From the NCBI RefSeq assembly GCF_009914755.1, contig NC_060935.1: DNA of 64,000 nucleotides. One strand, 5' to 3'. Origin of the DNA: the human T2T-CHM13v2.0 reference genome, Homo sapiens. The position numbers were made by a program, and so were the translations under genes. The notes beneath the pieces were generated by a model that had not been told where the DNA came from, searched no databases, and was given only the letters and a program-made list of their open reading frames with translations. This document shows, one piece after another, positions 17,850 to 35,303 of the stretch (positions within the stretch are counted from its first letter, which is position 1; every line of letters begins with the position of its first letter).

Positions 17850-19450
17850 ATAACTCAGGCCGTCGGAGAAAGTGGCCTGCCCAACGCAGGTGCTAGAGCG
17901 CGAACCAAGAGAAGTCGATCCTCCTGGTCTCCCCGGCTGCCTGGTGAGTGGCAGACCACAGGCTAGACTTCCCAGGCCCCGGCCCTGGAAGGGGCGGGGA
18001 ACCCTCCCCTCACTGCCAGCTGGAAGAATCCGAGCGGTCCCCGCACGCACTTCTGGAAGTGCAAGCCGGTAGCGCGGCGGGCCAGGGATACAGCCAAGTC
18101 CCGGGACGTGCCAGCTGCGGTAACTGAAGCCGGGTCCCGGGCGGGCGGGGGTACCAGGGACAGGAGTAGCCTTGGAAAGAGGAGAGGGCCTCCTCCCACG
18201 ACCGTCCGGATCACCGCCTCTCCGCCGGCACCCCCGGGGCCCATGCCGCGAACAGGCCGGCGAGGCTGGCAAGGTGCCCGGGCCCGGGGCGGAAAGCAGG
18301 AAGTCGATCCCGCGGGCGCGGCCCAGGGTGCGGCGCTGCAGATGCAGCACGGGGTCGCGGGGCGGGCGCCCAGTGCACCGGAGGAGGTGAGCGCCAGGTC
18401 GCCTTCGCGGCCCGGGGACACAGGCAGGGACGCGGGAGCTGATGCGGCTGGACCGGCCGGGGAAACAGTATTTTCTGGAAGGGGTAAGAGATGCTGTCTT
18501 GAGCCTTTGGAATCTCGGATCCGGGCCGCCCAGAGGACCTCGACAGGAGCACAGGGAGGACAAACTGAAGTCCGAGAGAGGCGGCGTGGCCTCCGGCCTC
18601 GGGGAGCGCTGCCGGGGGTCTCGGGCTTGGGAGAGGGCCTGGGGGCGGTGAAAATGGGGGGAAAGGAGGGGACCACAACATTGTTATGGAAGAGTGAGCT
18701 CGGATTGGCAGAGGGACGCGGGGCTGCAACGCGAGTCTCCGGAGGTGGAGGGGTCCAGGCTGATGTAGCGCCGCCCGGGTCCTGGGTCGGGGTTCCGGGA
18801 AGTGGACCTGCGAGCCAAGCCTAGCCAAGTCGGGGGACGGAGGCTCCGGGGCGGACGGAGCTGAGGGTGGGCAGGCGAGGTTGATGGAGCCCTTCCAGGA
18901 AGCAGGGCGAGGCTCAAGCACCCAGAAAAACCTGTGGCTGCCGAGGTCCCCCGCCAGCAGCGGGCAGCGGAGCGCAGGGGCGGGGCTGGGGACTGGCGAA
19001 CTCCGCCTCTCTGGGGCTGTCGCTTTAAGGGCAAGGCGGGGCGTGCGGGCCCTTTAAGGCCACGTGGGGGCGTGTCAGGAAGTGAGTCCAGGGCCCGCCT
19101 CCCGGGGAGTCGGCCTCGGATGTCCGGAGGCTCCTGGGCTGAGCCGGCGACAGAGCCCGGGAAGGCAGCGAGACGTGGGCGCCGGCCCAGCCCCCTCCCG
19201 CGTCCTTCAGCCCCAAGCCCCGAGCCCCTCTGACCCTTCCGCAGCCCTCCCTCCAGCCGCGCCCGGCCTCCGGCAGCTCCCTGTACGCCTCCCTCCCCCT
19301 GCCCGCCCCTCCCTCCCACAGCCGCCCATGACGCCCTCTCGGCACCTCTTCCCACTCTGCCACGCGTCCTTTTCCTGCACCTTCGCCCCGCGTACCTACT
19401 CCTGCCCCGCCCTGCCATTCCTCTCCCCTCCCTTCTCTCTGCGACCCCTC
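17850..19450 (+). promoter_or_regulatory. SLC35C1: SLC35C1 CpG-island promoter / alternative first-exon region
   Basis: Very GC- and CpG-rich. Contains GC boxes, E-box CACGTG 19061-19066, ETS CAGGAAGT 19076-19083 and candidate splice donors (GT at 17944, 18387, 18484, 19082). Confidence 0.85.
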
Positions 19451-19663
19451 CCTGTTAGGCCCCAGCCTCTTCTCCCCTCACAGGTCTTCTCTGTCCTGGC
19501 CTCACCGCCTTATCCTATTCCTCTCCCTTGCCCTGTGTCTTGTCTCAGAGCCCCCTCGGGGTGGGAGTAGGTTGTGGAGCAGCACAACTGGGCTCACCCC
19601 AAAGCAGAACTTCTCAATCCATGAGGACAATGGGGAGGCCTTTAGGCCAGCCCACATGTGACA

Positions 19664-20355
<692 letters not shown>

Positions 20356-21209
20356 TGAAGAACAACTCTTCTAGGCATCCTAGGACTTCATCTGTCCCAG
20401 CTCCTTTGGTGCAGCAGTCATAGGAGAAAGAGCCTGGGGGCACAGAGAGAGCAAGTAACTTACTAAAGGTCACCCAGCAAGTTAGGAGCCCAGCCGGGGC
20501 AAGAACAATAGTAATAATAATAGTAACAACAGCAGCAAAAGCAACTGACATTTGTTGAGTGATTAAAATGTGCCAGGCACATGGATCTTAGCCATATTAA
20601 CTCAGCTAATCTTCATAACAAGATGGGATTATAATCCACATTTTACAGAGGGAAAAACCAAGGCACAGAGAAGTTAACTAACTTGTCCAAGATCACCCAG
20701 CTAATAAGTGGCAGAGCTGGGATCTGAACTCAAGCAATCTGGCTTCACAGTTCACATGCCCGACCACTGTACTTTATTGTTTCTCAAGAGCTCAGGTGTC
20801 CTGATTTCCCAGCCAGTGCTCTTAGTAGAGGACAATACGTCTTTTAATAAATATACCATCACTCTCTGCCAGCTCAGGATAGCGCCTGAGACAGTAGCAA
20901 GCAATATGCTTTGAGAGGCCTCAGCTGTCTTCCTGGACTTGACCCTCAGAAAATAATAATTATTGATGGGGAAATTATGCTAATTATTTCACATATAGCA
21001 TCTCCTTTGTTCTCCCAGAGATCCCCTGGGTTGTGGCATCACTACCAGCGGTCATCTCTATACAAACAAGGAAACTGAGGCTCAGAGATGTTACATTACT
21101 TGCCCACGGCCACACAGCTAGCAAGCAGCCAGGCTGGGATGCAAACCCAGATTGGCCAGACTCCCAGGCCTGTGCTTCTATCCCCTCTGCTCGTCTTGGA
21201 GGTTAGAAC

Positions 21210-21380
21210 TGCAGTATTCAATGCAGTAGCCATTGGCCACTTATTTAAATTAGTTAAAATTAAGCAAAATGTTAAACATTCACTTCCTCATTTGCAGATG
21301 TTACAACCTGATTTTCTAGCCACATTTCAAGGGCTCAGTAGCCAAATGTGGCTGAGGGCTATGGTATGGGACAGCACAGG
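21210..21380. mobile_element. MER3-like DNA transposon fragment (intron)
   Basis: GTAGCCATTGGCCAC...CTAGCCACATTTCAAGGGCTCAGTAGCCAAATGTGGCT motif. Confidence 0.6.
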
Positions 21381-22125
21381 TTAGATGGGCCCATATTTTA
21401 CTGGGCCCCATGCTGCGTTAGAGAGCCTCCAGCATCCCATTCCCTCCGAGTCTTCCCAGGGCTGCGTCATCTAGGAATGGGGTCTTCATTTGAACCTATG
21501 CTGGTTTTTCCTGGTGCTATAAAGTTTATCTTATTTGGCCTACATATCATATTCTTTGCTGATGGCTCAGGGTCCCAGGCTAGATGCACCGGTTGGTGGG
21601 GGAAGGGACCCATCCCATGCCACCTGTCCTAGAAAATGTTTCCCCTTGTTGAGCAGCTGCTGGATCTAGGGCTGCTGGGTCTAAGTCCAAGAGGGGAGAA
21701 GGGAGAAGGTCACAGTTAGAGTAGGGGAAGCTGCAAGACCCCCCCTGCCAGAACTCTCCCAGCCTGCTTCCATTTCCCTCTCCAGGGAACAGGTGTACCT
21801 CCCCTCCTCCCTGTCCTCCTCAGATGCCCCAGGGCTCTCTACTTCATTCCTGCTGACCCTGCCAGGAGTGGCCTCAGGGGTAGAGGCTCCTAGTTGGAGA
21901 ATTTGCTTGCAGGAAGGTGAAGACACTAGGGTAACTGGGCCCAAATCCCAAAGGTAATCCAAGTAACCAGTGGTGAGGTTCTGAGAATGGTGCATTCACG
22001 GGCGTGCCTGACTGGGACAGGGGCCAGGGAGGTGGACGCTCTCTGCCAGCCCAGGACCTGGCTCCCTATCTGCAATGTTTCCTCTTTCTTCCTCCTTGTA
22101 GGGGAAGACGAGTCTCAGGCAACTA

Positions 22126-22552
<427 letters not shown>

Positions 22553-22686
22553 CTAGGGGTGCTGTAGCCAAGCAGGTGAGTGGGTGGTGCAGCCCTCTGC
22601 CCCCCTCACCCTGCCCCCAGCAGGTCTGTGGGTACCCCTTGTGCAAAGGTTCTGTCAAGAAAGAGGAGGGTCGGGCTCTGTGGTTG

Positions 22687-23070
<384 letters not shown>

Positions 23071-24668
23071 TCATTCATTCCACGACTAGTAATTGGTGGC
23101 TAAACACATGCCAGGCACCATGCCAGGCTTTGGGGATACAAGTTTGGAAAAGGTAACCTCAGCTCCTACACTCCTGGAGGGCATGGTGGTGACAGTTACG
23201 CTAGCATAGTAAGGGCTGTGATGGGGCATGCATAAAAGGGGCTGTGGGAGCTCTGGGCAAGGGAGGGGACCCGGGGACAGGGCAGTCTAAGCAGGCCTTC
23301 TGGAGGAAGTTTAGAAACTGGGTTTAGAGGAAGAAGTAGGGACAGAACATTCTAGATAGAAGGAAGAGCACGTGCACTTCTTCATGGCTGGGCCACAGCA
23401 AGACTCACCAGACACAAGGCTGCCCAGTCAGGCCGACTCCACGTGGTGCAGGTCCTAAGAGCTGTGGTGAGTGAGTGGAATTTCTCCTGAAGGCAGTGGA
23501 GAGCCACAGAGAGGCTTCACACCAGGGCACAGCCTGGACCGATCTGGACTTCAGGATGATCATATCAGTTGCAAGGTGGAGAGTAGATTGGCTGGAGTGG
23601 AGGACAGGGAGGTGACCCAGAGAGCTCAGAGTGGTTAAGTAACTTCTCCCAGGCCACTCAGCTTCTAAATTGCAGAGCCTGATTGGAGGCTAAATCCCTC
23701 TGACCCCAAAACTTTCCCCACTGCCCCGTGTTGCCAGATGCTGTGGCAGGAAGTATAACATGCATTGTTCAGCCCCTGGCTTCTGGGAGCATGGGATCTG
23801 GCTAAAAAGACCAGACTGTCACCATGGGCAGGGGCCCAGCAGCCCAGAGCAGGCAAGGGGCTTTGCAGGAAAGCGAGGCAGTAAGAGTCCAGGTTCTGGG
23901 ATTATCAGGAAAGGATTCCCCAGGAGAAGCCAACTTTGACCTTGACAGATGAGTAGAATCCCCCAGAAAGGAGGAGGGTGTTTCTGGCACAGGACATGAA
24001 CAAGGACACTGAGGCCCAGGGTGAGAAGCAGGGAGACGAGCAGGGAAGCTGGGGCGACCATAGGACAGAGGAAGGGCCTGCACCCCCGCCTGCCACGCCA
24101 AGGAGTGTAGTCCTCATGGCAGAAGTGGGGAGCCACGGAAGCTCTTTGAGCAGGAAGTGACACAAGATGAGAGTCTCAGAGTCACTGCCCCAAATGACAC
24201 AAGAGATTCTAACTTAATGTGCCCCATGATGACATCATAGGCTCCCATTCCATGCAAGAAGCAGCCAAGGCTTAGACACTGGAAGTCATTTACGCAGGGT
24301 CACCTTAAATCACATTAACCACTAAGTGGCACTCATTCTTCAGAACTCAGTTCAACTGTTATTTTCAGATGGCCCAGGCCAGCACAGTCGCCCACTTACA
24401 GGCTCTCACAGCACCTTGTACTACTTTATGGACCTCATTACAATTCTTACAATTGTAATTAAAGAAGTAACTGGGAAGATTTGTTTTAATGTCTTTCTCC
24501 TCTGCTAGCAGATAAGCTGCCAGAGGAGGTTTTCTTGCCCTGGGCGGCTCCCATAGTTCATGTGGAGTGCTTTGCCTGCAGTGGAGACTCTGGCTGTGCT
24601 TATTGGAGGGAGGCCTGGGGAGGAACGGGGAGGGCCGCAATACTCAGTCTGTGAAATTTGGTGTCTGA

Positions 24669-25301
<633 letters not shown>

Positions 25302-25449
25302 GCACCACAGGCACCCTGGATGGCCCGGCCCCGGGGCCCGTACACAGGCAGGGCCAGCACAGTAGTGAAGGCGGTCTCCTGGACCCCAGAAGCGTGCTGT
25401 GGTGTGGACTGGGTGCTACTTATAGACCCAATCAGAATACGGTGGTTGA

Positions 25450-25521
25450 GAAGGAACCAGTGTTTACAAGTAATATCAGAAAGTTGAAGGAACCAGTGTT
25501 TACAAGTAATACCAGAAAGTT
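25450..25521 (+). repeat. 36-bp tandem duplication in the SLC35C1 3' UTR
   Basis: GAAGGAACCAGTGTTTACAAGTAATA(T/C)CAGAAAGTT x2, one mismatch. Confidence 0.95.
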
Positions 25522-26363
25522 GCCAAACCCTTCTCTATCCTCTCGTATTTCTGAGTTTTTGTCCTTCCCGAGGGAGCACCCTAGTGAGAGTTGAACCCCT
25601 TCCTTCTGCCTCCAGGGCCTGTCTGCCTCCACATCACTCTGAGGACAGGGACAGGCAACAACCTTGAAGGGACAGCAATGGCAAAGCCACAAAGGCTTCA
25701 CTGTACTCAGGGGAGATGGCCCTACCACAGCCACCTGGAGAGGGTTGGGAAGCCTTCCGTCTGCGGTGGGCAGGCAGCCTCACCCTGGGCCCACAGACCG
25801 GCCTTCCTTTGGAGGAAAGTGTGGCCTGGACTGAGGGAGGAAATGAGCGAGTTCCCTCTGACACCAGCAGATCCCCAGGGGCTGCTGGGCAGTGGCCTGG
25901 GAATGGGGTGGATTGTGAGAAAGTGCTCACCATCTATACACCCTGTATGTCCAGCTTTTGAACACAAGGGAACCATGCTTCTCTTAGAGGTTAAGCAGGG
26001 TCATTAACATCCTCCCCCAGTCCCTAACATCACATTGTCCTGCGTGGCTCCTCTGGCCCTGAGTGGCACCTGTCCCTCTGGTCTCCCAGCACCTGGCCCA
26101 GGTAACAGCCTTCTGAAAGCAGAGCCAAGGAGCTGCTTCTCTCTTCTCCCAGTTCTACCTCCCCAGAAGCCTTCCTCCCCAGGTGGGGCTGATGGAGCAA
26201 GGGTCCAGACTAGGAGCCTTCCACCCCAGCTGTGTCTGGCGCCCCTAGATCTCTGCAAGGGAGGTGTTACAGCTGGTTCTGAGCCGCTTGCCTTGTGATG
26301 GTAAGACACCAACCTTTACATTCTTCCCTGAGGTTGTGGCTGACAGAGCCTGCTTGGCCCCAC

Positions 26364-26738
26364 TGTTAGTCCAGTGAGCTCCTATATCAAAATGCCGTAG
26401 GCCGGGTGGCTTACAAACAACAGAAACGTATTGCTCACAGTCCTGGGGGGCTGGGACGTCCAAGATCAAGAGGCCAGCAGATTCGGACTCCGCTGAGGGC
26501 TGTTTCCCGATCCATAGATGGTGCCTTCTCGCTGTATCCTCAATGGTAGAAGCACAAACAAGCAAGCTCCTTCCTGCCTCTTTTATAAGGACTCCAACCC
26601 TGTTCATGAGGGCTCTGCCCCCATGACCCAATCAGCTCCAAAGGCCCCACCTCCTAATACTGTCACCTTGGGGGTGAGAATTCCAATGTGAATTTGCAGG
26701 GGGAGTGGGGGACACACACAAATTTCGGGGCCATACCA
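26364..26738 (-). mobile_element. MLT1A-like LTR within the SLC35C1 3' UTR
   Basis: GGGTGGCTTACAAACAACAGAAA...CTCACAGTCCTGG...GTCCAAGATCAAG...TTTTATAAGG...CCCCACCTCCTAATAC. Confidence 0.8.
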
Positions 26739-26964
26739 CCCTTCACCACACCCTCCTGCGCTCAGGGTGGCTTGCAGTCCCTGGCCCTTCTGGTGGGCAT
26801 TTGGTATGTCCTTTCTCTTGGGGTGATTTCTGATGTTTTTACTCTATATAGTGAAAAGCTAGGGAGAGCGGGTCTTCTCCCCCCTCCCTCTCCAGTCCCC
26901 TCACAATCCCAGATGGGTTCTAATGCAGCTGCTGGGGCCTGATGCCCTGAGTTGTTTGTGATTC

Positions 26965-26970
26965 AATAAA
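26965..26970 (+). terminator. SLC35C1: SLC35C1 polyadenylation signal AATAAA
   Basis: AATAAA followed ~16 nt later by a GU-rich element (TGTGTGTGTGG); ~1.67 kb after the stop codon. Confidence 0.8.
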
Positions 26971-27005
26971 GAATCCATAAGATCCTGTGTGTGTGGCCTG
27001 AGGGA

Positions 27006-27141
27006 AGAGGCAGCAGGGCTGGAGAGGATTTGTGAACAGGGCCTGGGGGTGGAGGGGAGGTTGGGACCTGTCAGAGGCAGCAGGGCTGAAGAAGGTTTGT
27101 GAACAGGGCCCTGGGGTGGAGGGGAGCTGGGGATCTGTCAG
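27006..27141 (+). repeat. Two-copy ~67-bp G-rich tandem repeat just downstream of the poly(A) site
   Basis: AGAGGCAGCAGGGCTG...TTTGTGAACAGGGCC...GGGGTGGAGGGGAG...CTGTC at 27006 and 27073. Confidence 0.85.
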
Positions 27142-27551
27142 GAAGGAGGGCTCATCCCTGCCTTCACCAAGCCCACCCACCAGCAGGCAGCCTTTCTAGG
27201 AGCTGGTTCTTTCTAAGGATACCAGGCTCCTTCCTGGAAGGTAGGTGACCAGACTTGAAGTTTCCTATTAGTCGTAATTGCCATTTACTGGATGCTTGTT
27301 GGGGGCCATAGGCTGTGCTGAGTGTTGTACATCCACCCTTGTGAAGTTGAGAAGTTGTGAAGTTCATCTTCACAACTCCCCGTGGCCCCTTAGGTGGGAG
27401 CCGTCACTGATCTGTTTTTTTTACACATGAGGACACTGAGGCTCAGAGAGGGCCCCAGGAAGGAAGAGGCAGGAGGAGGATTCAGAGTTCTGTGCCTTCA
27501 GAGCTTGGTACTTAACTCTACCCCAGCATTCTGAGTCCAATACCCAGCACT

Positions 27552-27852
<301 letters not shown>

Positions 27853-27902
27853 TACCCAGCACTTTTCTGAGCACCTGTTATATGCCAGGCACTGTGGTAG
27901 GT

Positions 27903-29700
<1,798 letters not shown>

Positions 29701-30191
29701 GTTGTATTAATATGAAGACCCGGATCTGCTTCCAGGGGATTGCACATAAACATGCATGACAGCCCCATAACAGAAGCCACACTGGACATCTGAACATATT
29801 GCCATGAGCAAGCAGAAGGTGGACAGACCAAGTGTGGCGAGTCAGCCAGGTCCTCACAAGGGCCAGGATAGTTGAATAGGCTTACTGAGTGAGCAGAGGC
29901 CTCCAAGAGGAGAATTGGAGAAGAACAGGGAGAAGGTTAAGCTCAGGAAATAGCACAAGTGGGAGTGGTGAGAGGTTTGGGGCTTGGAGCTGGAGAGGAA
30001 ACCAGAAAGGCAGGGTGGGATGTGGGGTGAAGGCCTTGAATGCAGTGGTCAATCAACATGATCGGATTGATGGCTATGCCATTGCCAGGTCCCTAAAACA
30101 GAATGGACATGATCATTTCTGCACCCTTTGTACACTCAGAAAATTGGGACTATTTTCTTAATGCTATTTGCACTTTTTTGAGAGAAATCTA

Positions 30192-30490
30192 AGCTGGGCA
30201 TGGTGGCTCATGCCTGTAATACCAGCACTTTGGGATGCCCAGGCAGAAGGATTGCTTGAGCCCAGGAGTTCAACACCAGTCTGGGCAACAAAGCAGGACT
30301 CTGCTGCTACAAAAAATTTAAAAATTAGCTGGGCATGGTGGTGTCTGCCTGTAGTCCCAGCTACTAGGGAGGCTGAAACAGGAGGATCACTTGAGCCGAG
30401 GAGGTGGAGGCTGCAGTTGATTGCATCACTACACCCCAGCCTGGGTGACAGAACAGACCCTGTCTCTAAAAAAAATTAAAAATAAAAAAA
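30192..30490 (+). mobile_element. AluJ-like
   Basis: Diverged Alu with TTGAGCCCAGGAGTTC. Confidence 0.85.
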
Positions 30491-31000
30491 AGAGAGAGAA
30501 AGATCTAAATTTCAACTTTTTACCAAAAATGCTTAAATGCAGACAAAAGGATGCATGGCTTCGGGCTTCTCAAATATAAACAAATTCATGAGTTAAAGTA
30601 GTTGAGAGAGGGCCTAACTCTTAGGACACAGTTGAACAGCCCTCACCCACTGTGCAGGACTCCACACACACACATACAAAGACACACAGTGTAGGTAGAT
30701 GGGTTTGGATCCACACAGTGCCACAGGCCCCAATTCTCATGCAAATGAAGCCCAGGGATAGCCTGAGCCAGCTGGCCAGCATCCCAGCCAGGTTCCACTG
30801 TCAGCACCGCCCCGCAGCTCATCTCTGTGATATTTAAAGGGGCCAAGACCACCTCCAGGAATGATGTTTCTCTGGCAAGAAAGAAGAGTGATACTTCCCC
30901 CACCCACCCCTGGCCTGAGCCCAGACTGTCTCCCCTTTTCTCTTGTCCCTTTCAGAAGGCGGGGATGTAGATACTGAGCTGCCCAGTTTAAAAAAATAGT

Positions 31001-31333
<333 letters not shown>

Positions 31334-32330
31334 TCACTTCTGCTTTTGAAGAGCACCTGATCAGGGGTCAGGAGACCTAGTTTCCACTTCTTAGAAGCTA
31401 CATGGTCTCAGGCTAGTCCCCTAACCTTTCTGGGCCTCACTTTTCCTACCTGAGATATGGGGATAATCCTTGCCCATCCTCCCACATAAAATGATTGTGA
31501 ATGAAGCATATAGAGTGCTCAGCCTAGTACGGGACAATAGCAAGCTACTGTTACTGTGCACATCAACAAACAGTCTCTTCATTGAGTGCTAACTCTGCCC
31601 AAGCACTAGGGGAGAAGCAGTGGACAAGACACTAAAAACAAATAAACACTCAAATAAATGCAAAACAAAAAGGCAAAGTGTAGATGATTGGGGAGAACCT
31701 TCTCTAGATGGAATATTCACAGGCCTCTCTGAGCATAACATTTAATCTCAGGCCCAAATGGTGGGAGGGAGCCAGCCATAGGAAGAGTGAAGAAAGGGCA
31801 TTCCAGGCAGAGGTCACAGCTCATGCACAGGCCCTGCAAAAGGAAAAGAGTTGAAGGTGGTCAAGGACCAGAGAGAAGGCCAGGGTGGCAGGAGCAGACT
31901 TGAGGAAGCTGATTGGCTGTCTCCACTGGGGTCCAACCTCACAGGGGAGGACAAATCCCAGAAATAGGAAAGGAGGTAGAGATAAATTTGGCAGCTTTCT
32001 GACATTCCTTCAAAATGCTGTTTCCTTTTGATTCCACTCACCATGGGGAAGAGTGGAAAGAGGGGTTAGAGGCTTGGGCTCAGGCAGGGCGTACCAAATT
32101 GAGCACCAGGCAAGGGGTTTAGATTTATTTCCAGTGCCATGGGCAGCCACTGGGAGTGCCATGATTTGATTTATAATTTACGAAGATCTCTCTGGCCCTT
32201 GTGAGGCAAATGAATTGACACCAAAGGCAAGGGTGGCAAGGGCACAAGTAGGGTGACCAGTCAAGAGGTTGTAGTGTGGCCAGGAGAGAAACAGTGGTGG
32301 CTTAGACTAGGGTGGTGGCTGCGGAGATAG

Positions 32331-32663
<333 letters not shown>

Positions 32664-33507
32664 TGAGCTGCATTTTAGAAGTAAAGCCAAGAGACCTTTC
32701 AGAGAGACTGCCTGTGGGGTTGACAGGAAGAAAGAATTCAAGGACAATGCCCAGACTTCTGCCTTACACAACTGGGAATGGAGGTGCCATTTATTGGACA
32801 GGGAAGACTAAGCAGTGAGAGACAGGCCTGGGACCAAGAGTTTATTTTTGGACATGTTAAGTTTGAGATGTCCGCAGACTGGGATGGGACATGATCCAGT
32901 GGGGACGTCAAGTCGACTCTGAGATGTTAGGACTATGGAGGTCTTTGTGAAGGAGAAAGCACTAAAGAAATGGCCTATTCCACATACTATGGATGCCTGA
33001 CATATTACCCCAAAATTTGGCAGCTGAAAACAGCCATTTCATTTTGCTCATGATTTGGGGAAGGGCACAGCTGAGTAGTTCTTGCTTCAAGTCATGTGGT
33101 TGCAGTCAGAGGTTGGCCTGGGCTGCAGTTGTCTGAAAGCTCAACTGGGCTAAACGTCCAAGACCACTCATCACATGGCTGGCAACTGGATGTCGGCTAG
33201 AAGCTTAGCTGGCGCTGTTAACTGGAGCATCTACATATGGCCTTTTCAGTATGGGAGGCTCAGAGTGGTCAGACTTCTTACAAGCTGTTGGCTTCCCCCA
33301 GACTGAGTGTCCCAAGAGGAATAGTTAGAAGCTACCTGCACTTTTCTGCCCCAACTTTGGAGTCACATAGTTTCACTTCTGCCCTTCTCTACTGGTTGAA
33401 GCAATCAGAAGCCAGCCCAGAATCAAGAATAGAGGACAGAAACCCCACCTCTCATGGGAGGAGGCTCAAAGGATAATGAGGCTATGTATTAAGACCACCA
33501 CACAGCC

Positions 33508-33871
33508 TGTTTTAGTCCACTTGAGCCGCTCTAACAAGATACCTTATACTGCGTAATTTATAGACAATAGAAATGTATCGCTCACATTTCTGGAGGCTGG
33601 GAAGTCCAAGATCAAGATGCCAGCAGATTCATTGTCTAGTAGGGCTCATTCTCTGCTTCATAGACAGTGTCTTTTTGCTGCATCCTAACATGGCAGAAGA
33701 GGCAAACAAGCTGGCTCTGGCCTCTTTTATAAGGGCACTAATCTTATTCATGGGGGCTCCATCCTCATGATTTAATCACCTCCTAAAGTTCCCATCTCTC
33801 AATGCTATTGCACTGGGGCTTAGGTTTCAACATATTTATTTTAGGGGAACACAAGCATTCAGACCATAGCA
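33508..33871 (-). mobile_element. MLT1A-like solo LTR (older MLT1-like piece at ~32990-33500)
   Basis: TGTTTTAGTCCA...TCTGGAGGCTGGGAAGTCCAAGATCAAG...CATTCAGACCATAGCA. Confidence 0.8.
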
Positions 33872-34913
33872 TAATCTTTCTATGGTTGTGCATTGATAGC
33901 AGCCCCTCTGTAGCTCATGATATGTAGGAAAAACAAATGGGACGTGTCTGTGTTATTTCGTGTAGCTCAGCCAGGAGCCACATTAGATCTGAGGTATAAT
34001 GAAAGTTTAAGCCCGGTTCTTCACAGAACTCCCAGTGTGCCCTCTCAGTAGTAATAGCTAGAGGTTTATACTGTGCCTTTAAATTTTCCCACCACTTTCT
34101 CACTTAGAGTCATGGACTCTCAGAATCAGAAAGGATCAGGATCATTGAGATTATCCAGCCTAGATATGAGCCTGCCTCCCTTCATGGAATCATCTATGAC
34201 TTCCATTAAGCTGCCTCTAATCAGGACTTTTTGAATATTAATATTATCATATCTACAAAGCATTAAAATTCATTCTTTCAGTAAATATTTTTTGAGTACT
34301 TACCATATGCCAGGCATACCTCAGAGATTGAGACAGACCACAGTTCCTACATTCTTGGAGGTTAGTGAGAGAAGAAGAACAGTCAACAAAAAGACAAAAT
34401 ATAAACAATACATAGCAAGTGCCACAAAGAAGATAAGGCCTAGTTAAGGACTGACGGTATCGAGGGATGACTTTAGATCAGAGGATCAGAGACCTCTCTG
34501 TGTAAAGATGTGAGTAAAGATTGAAATGTGGCAAAGGAGCAGTCAGGAGAAGATCTGGGGTCAGAACGTGCCAGGAAGAGGGATCAGCAGGTGCAAAGGC
34601 CCTGGGGTGGGAGTATGGCCAGCGTGAGTAAGGAAAGGCAAGGCCAGGGTGGCCGAGAGATGCTAAGAGATGAGATCAGAGTATGGGGGTGGGAGTTCCT
34701 AAGTCATAGGATAAACTAGTTAAATTTATTTTGCCTGCAATAAGAAATCAACTGAAATTAGTCACAGTAGTTCCATGCATACCTGGTCACTTTCCGTTCC
34801 TTCCAGCCCCATACGTGCATTCTTCATCTCCCATCAAGAGGTGGATTCTGTTGAATCTTTAAGTCAGGGCTGATCGTGTAACTTGCTCTAACCAGTAGAA
34901 AACAGAAAAAGTA

Positions 34914-35303
<390 letters not shown>

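Noticed and set aside
17784-19570. Long overlapping ORFs (168-259 aa) on both strands
   Set aside because: Pro/Arg/Gly/Ala-rich, open in most frames, with no recognisable domain. This is expected stop-codon scarcity in a CpG island.
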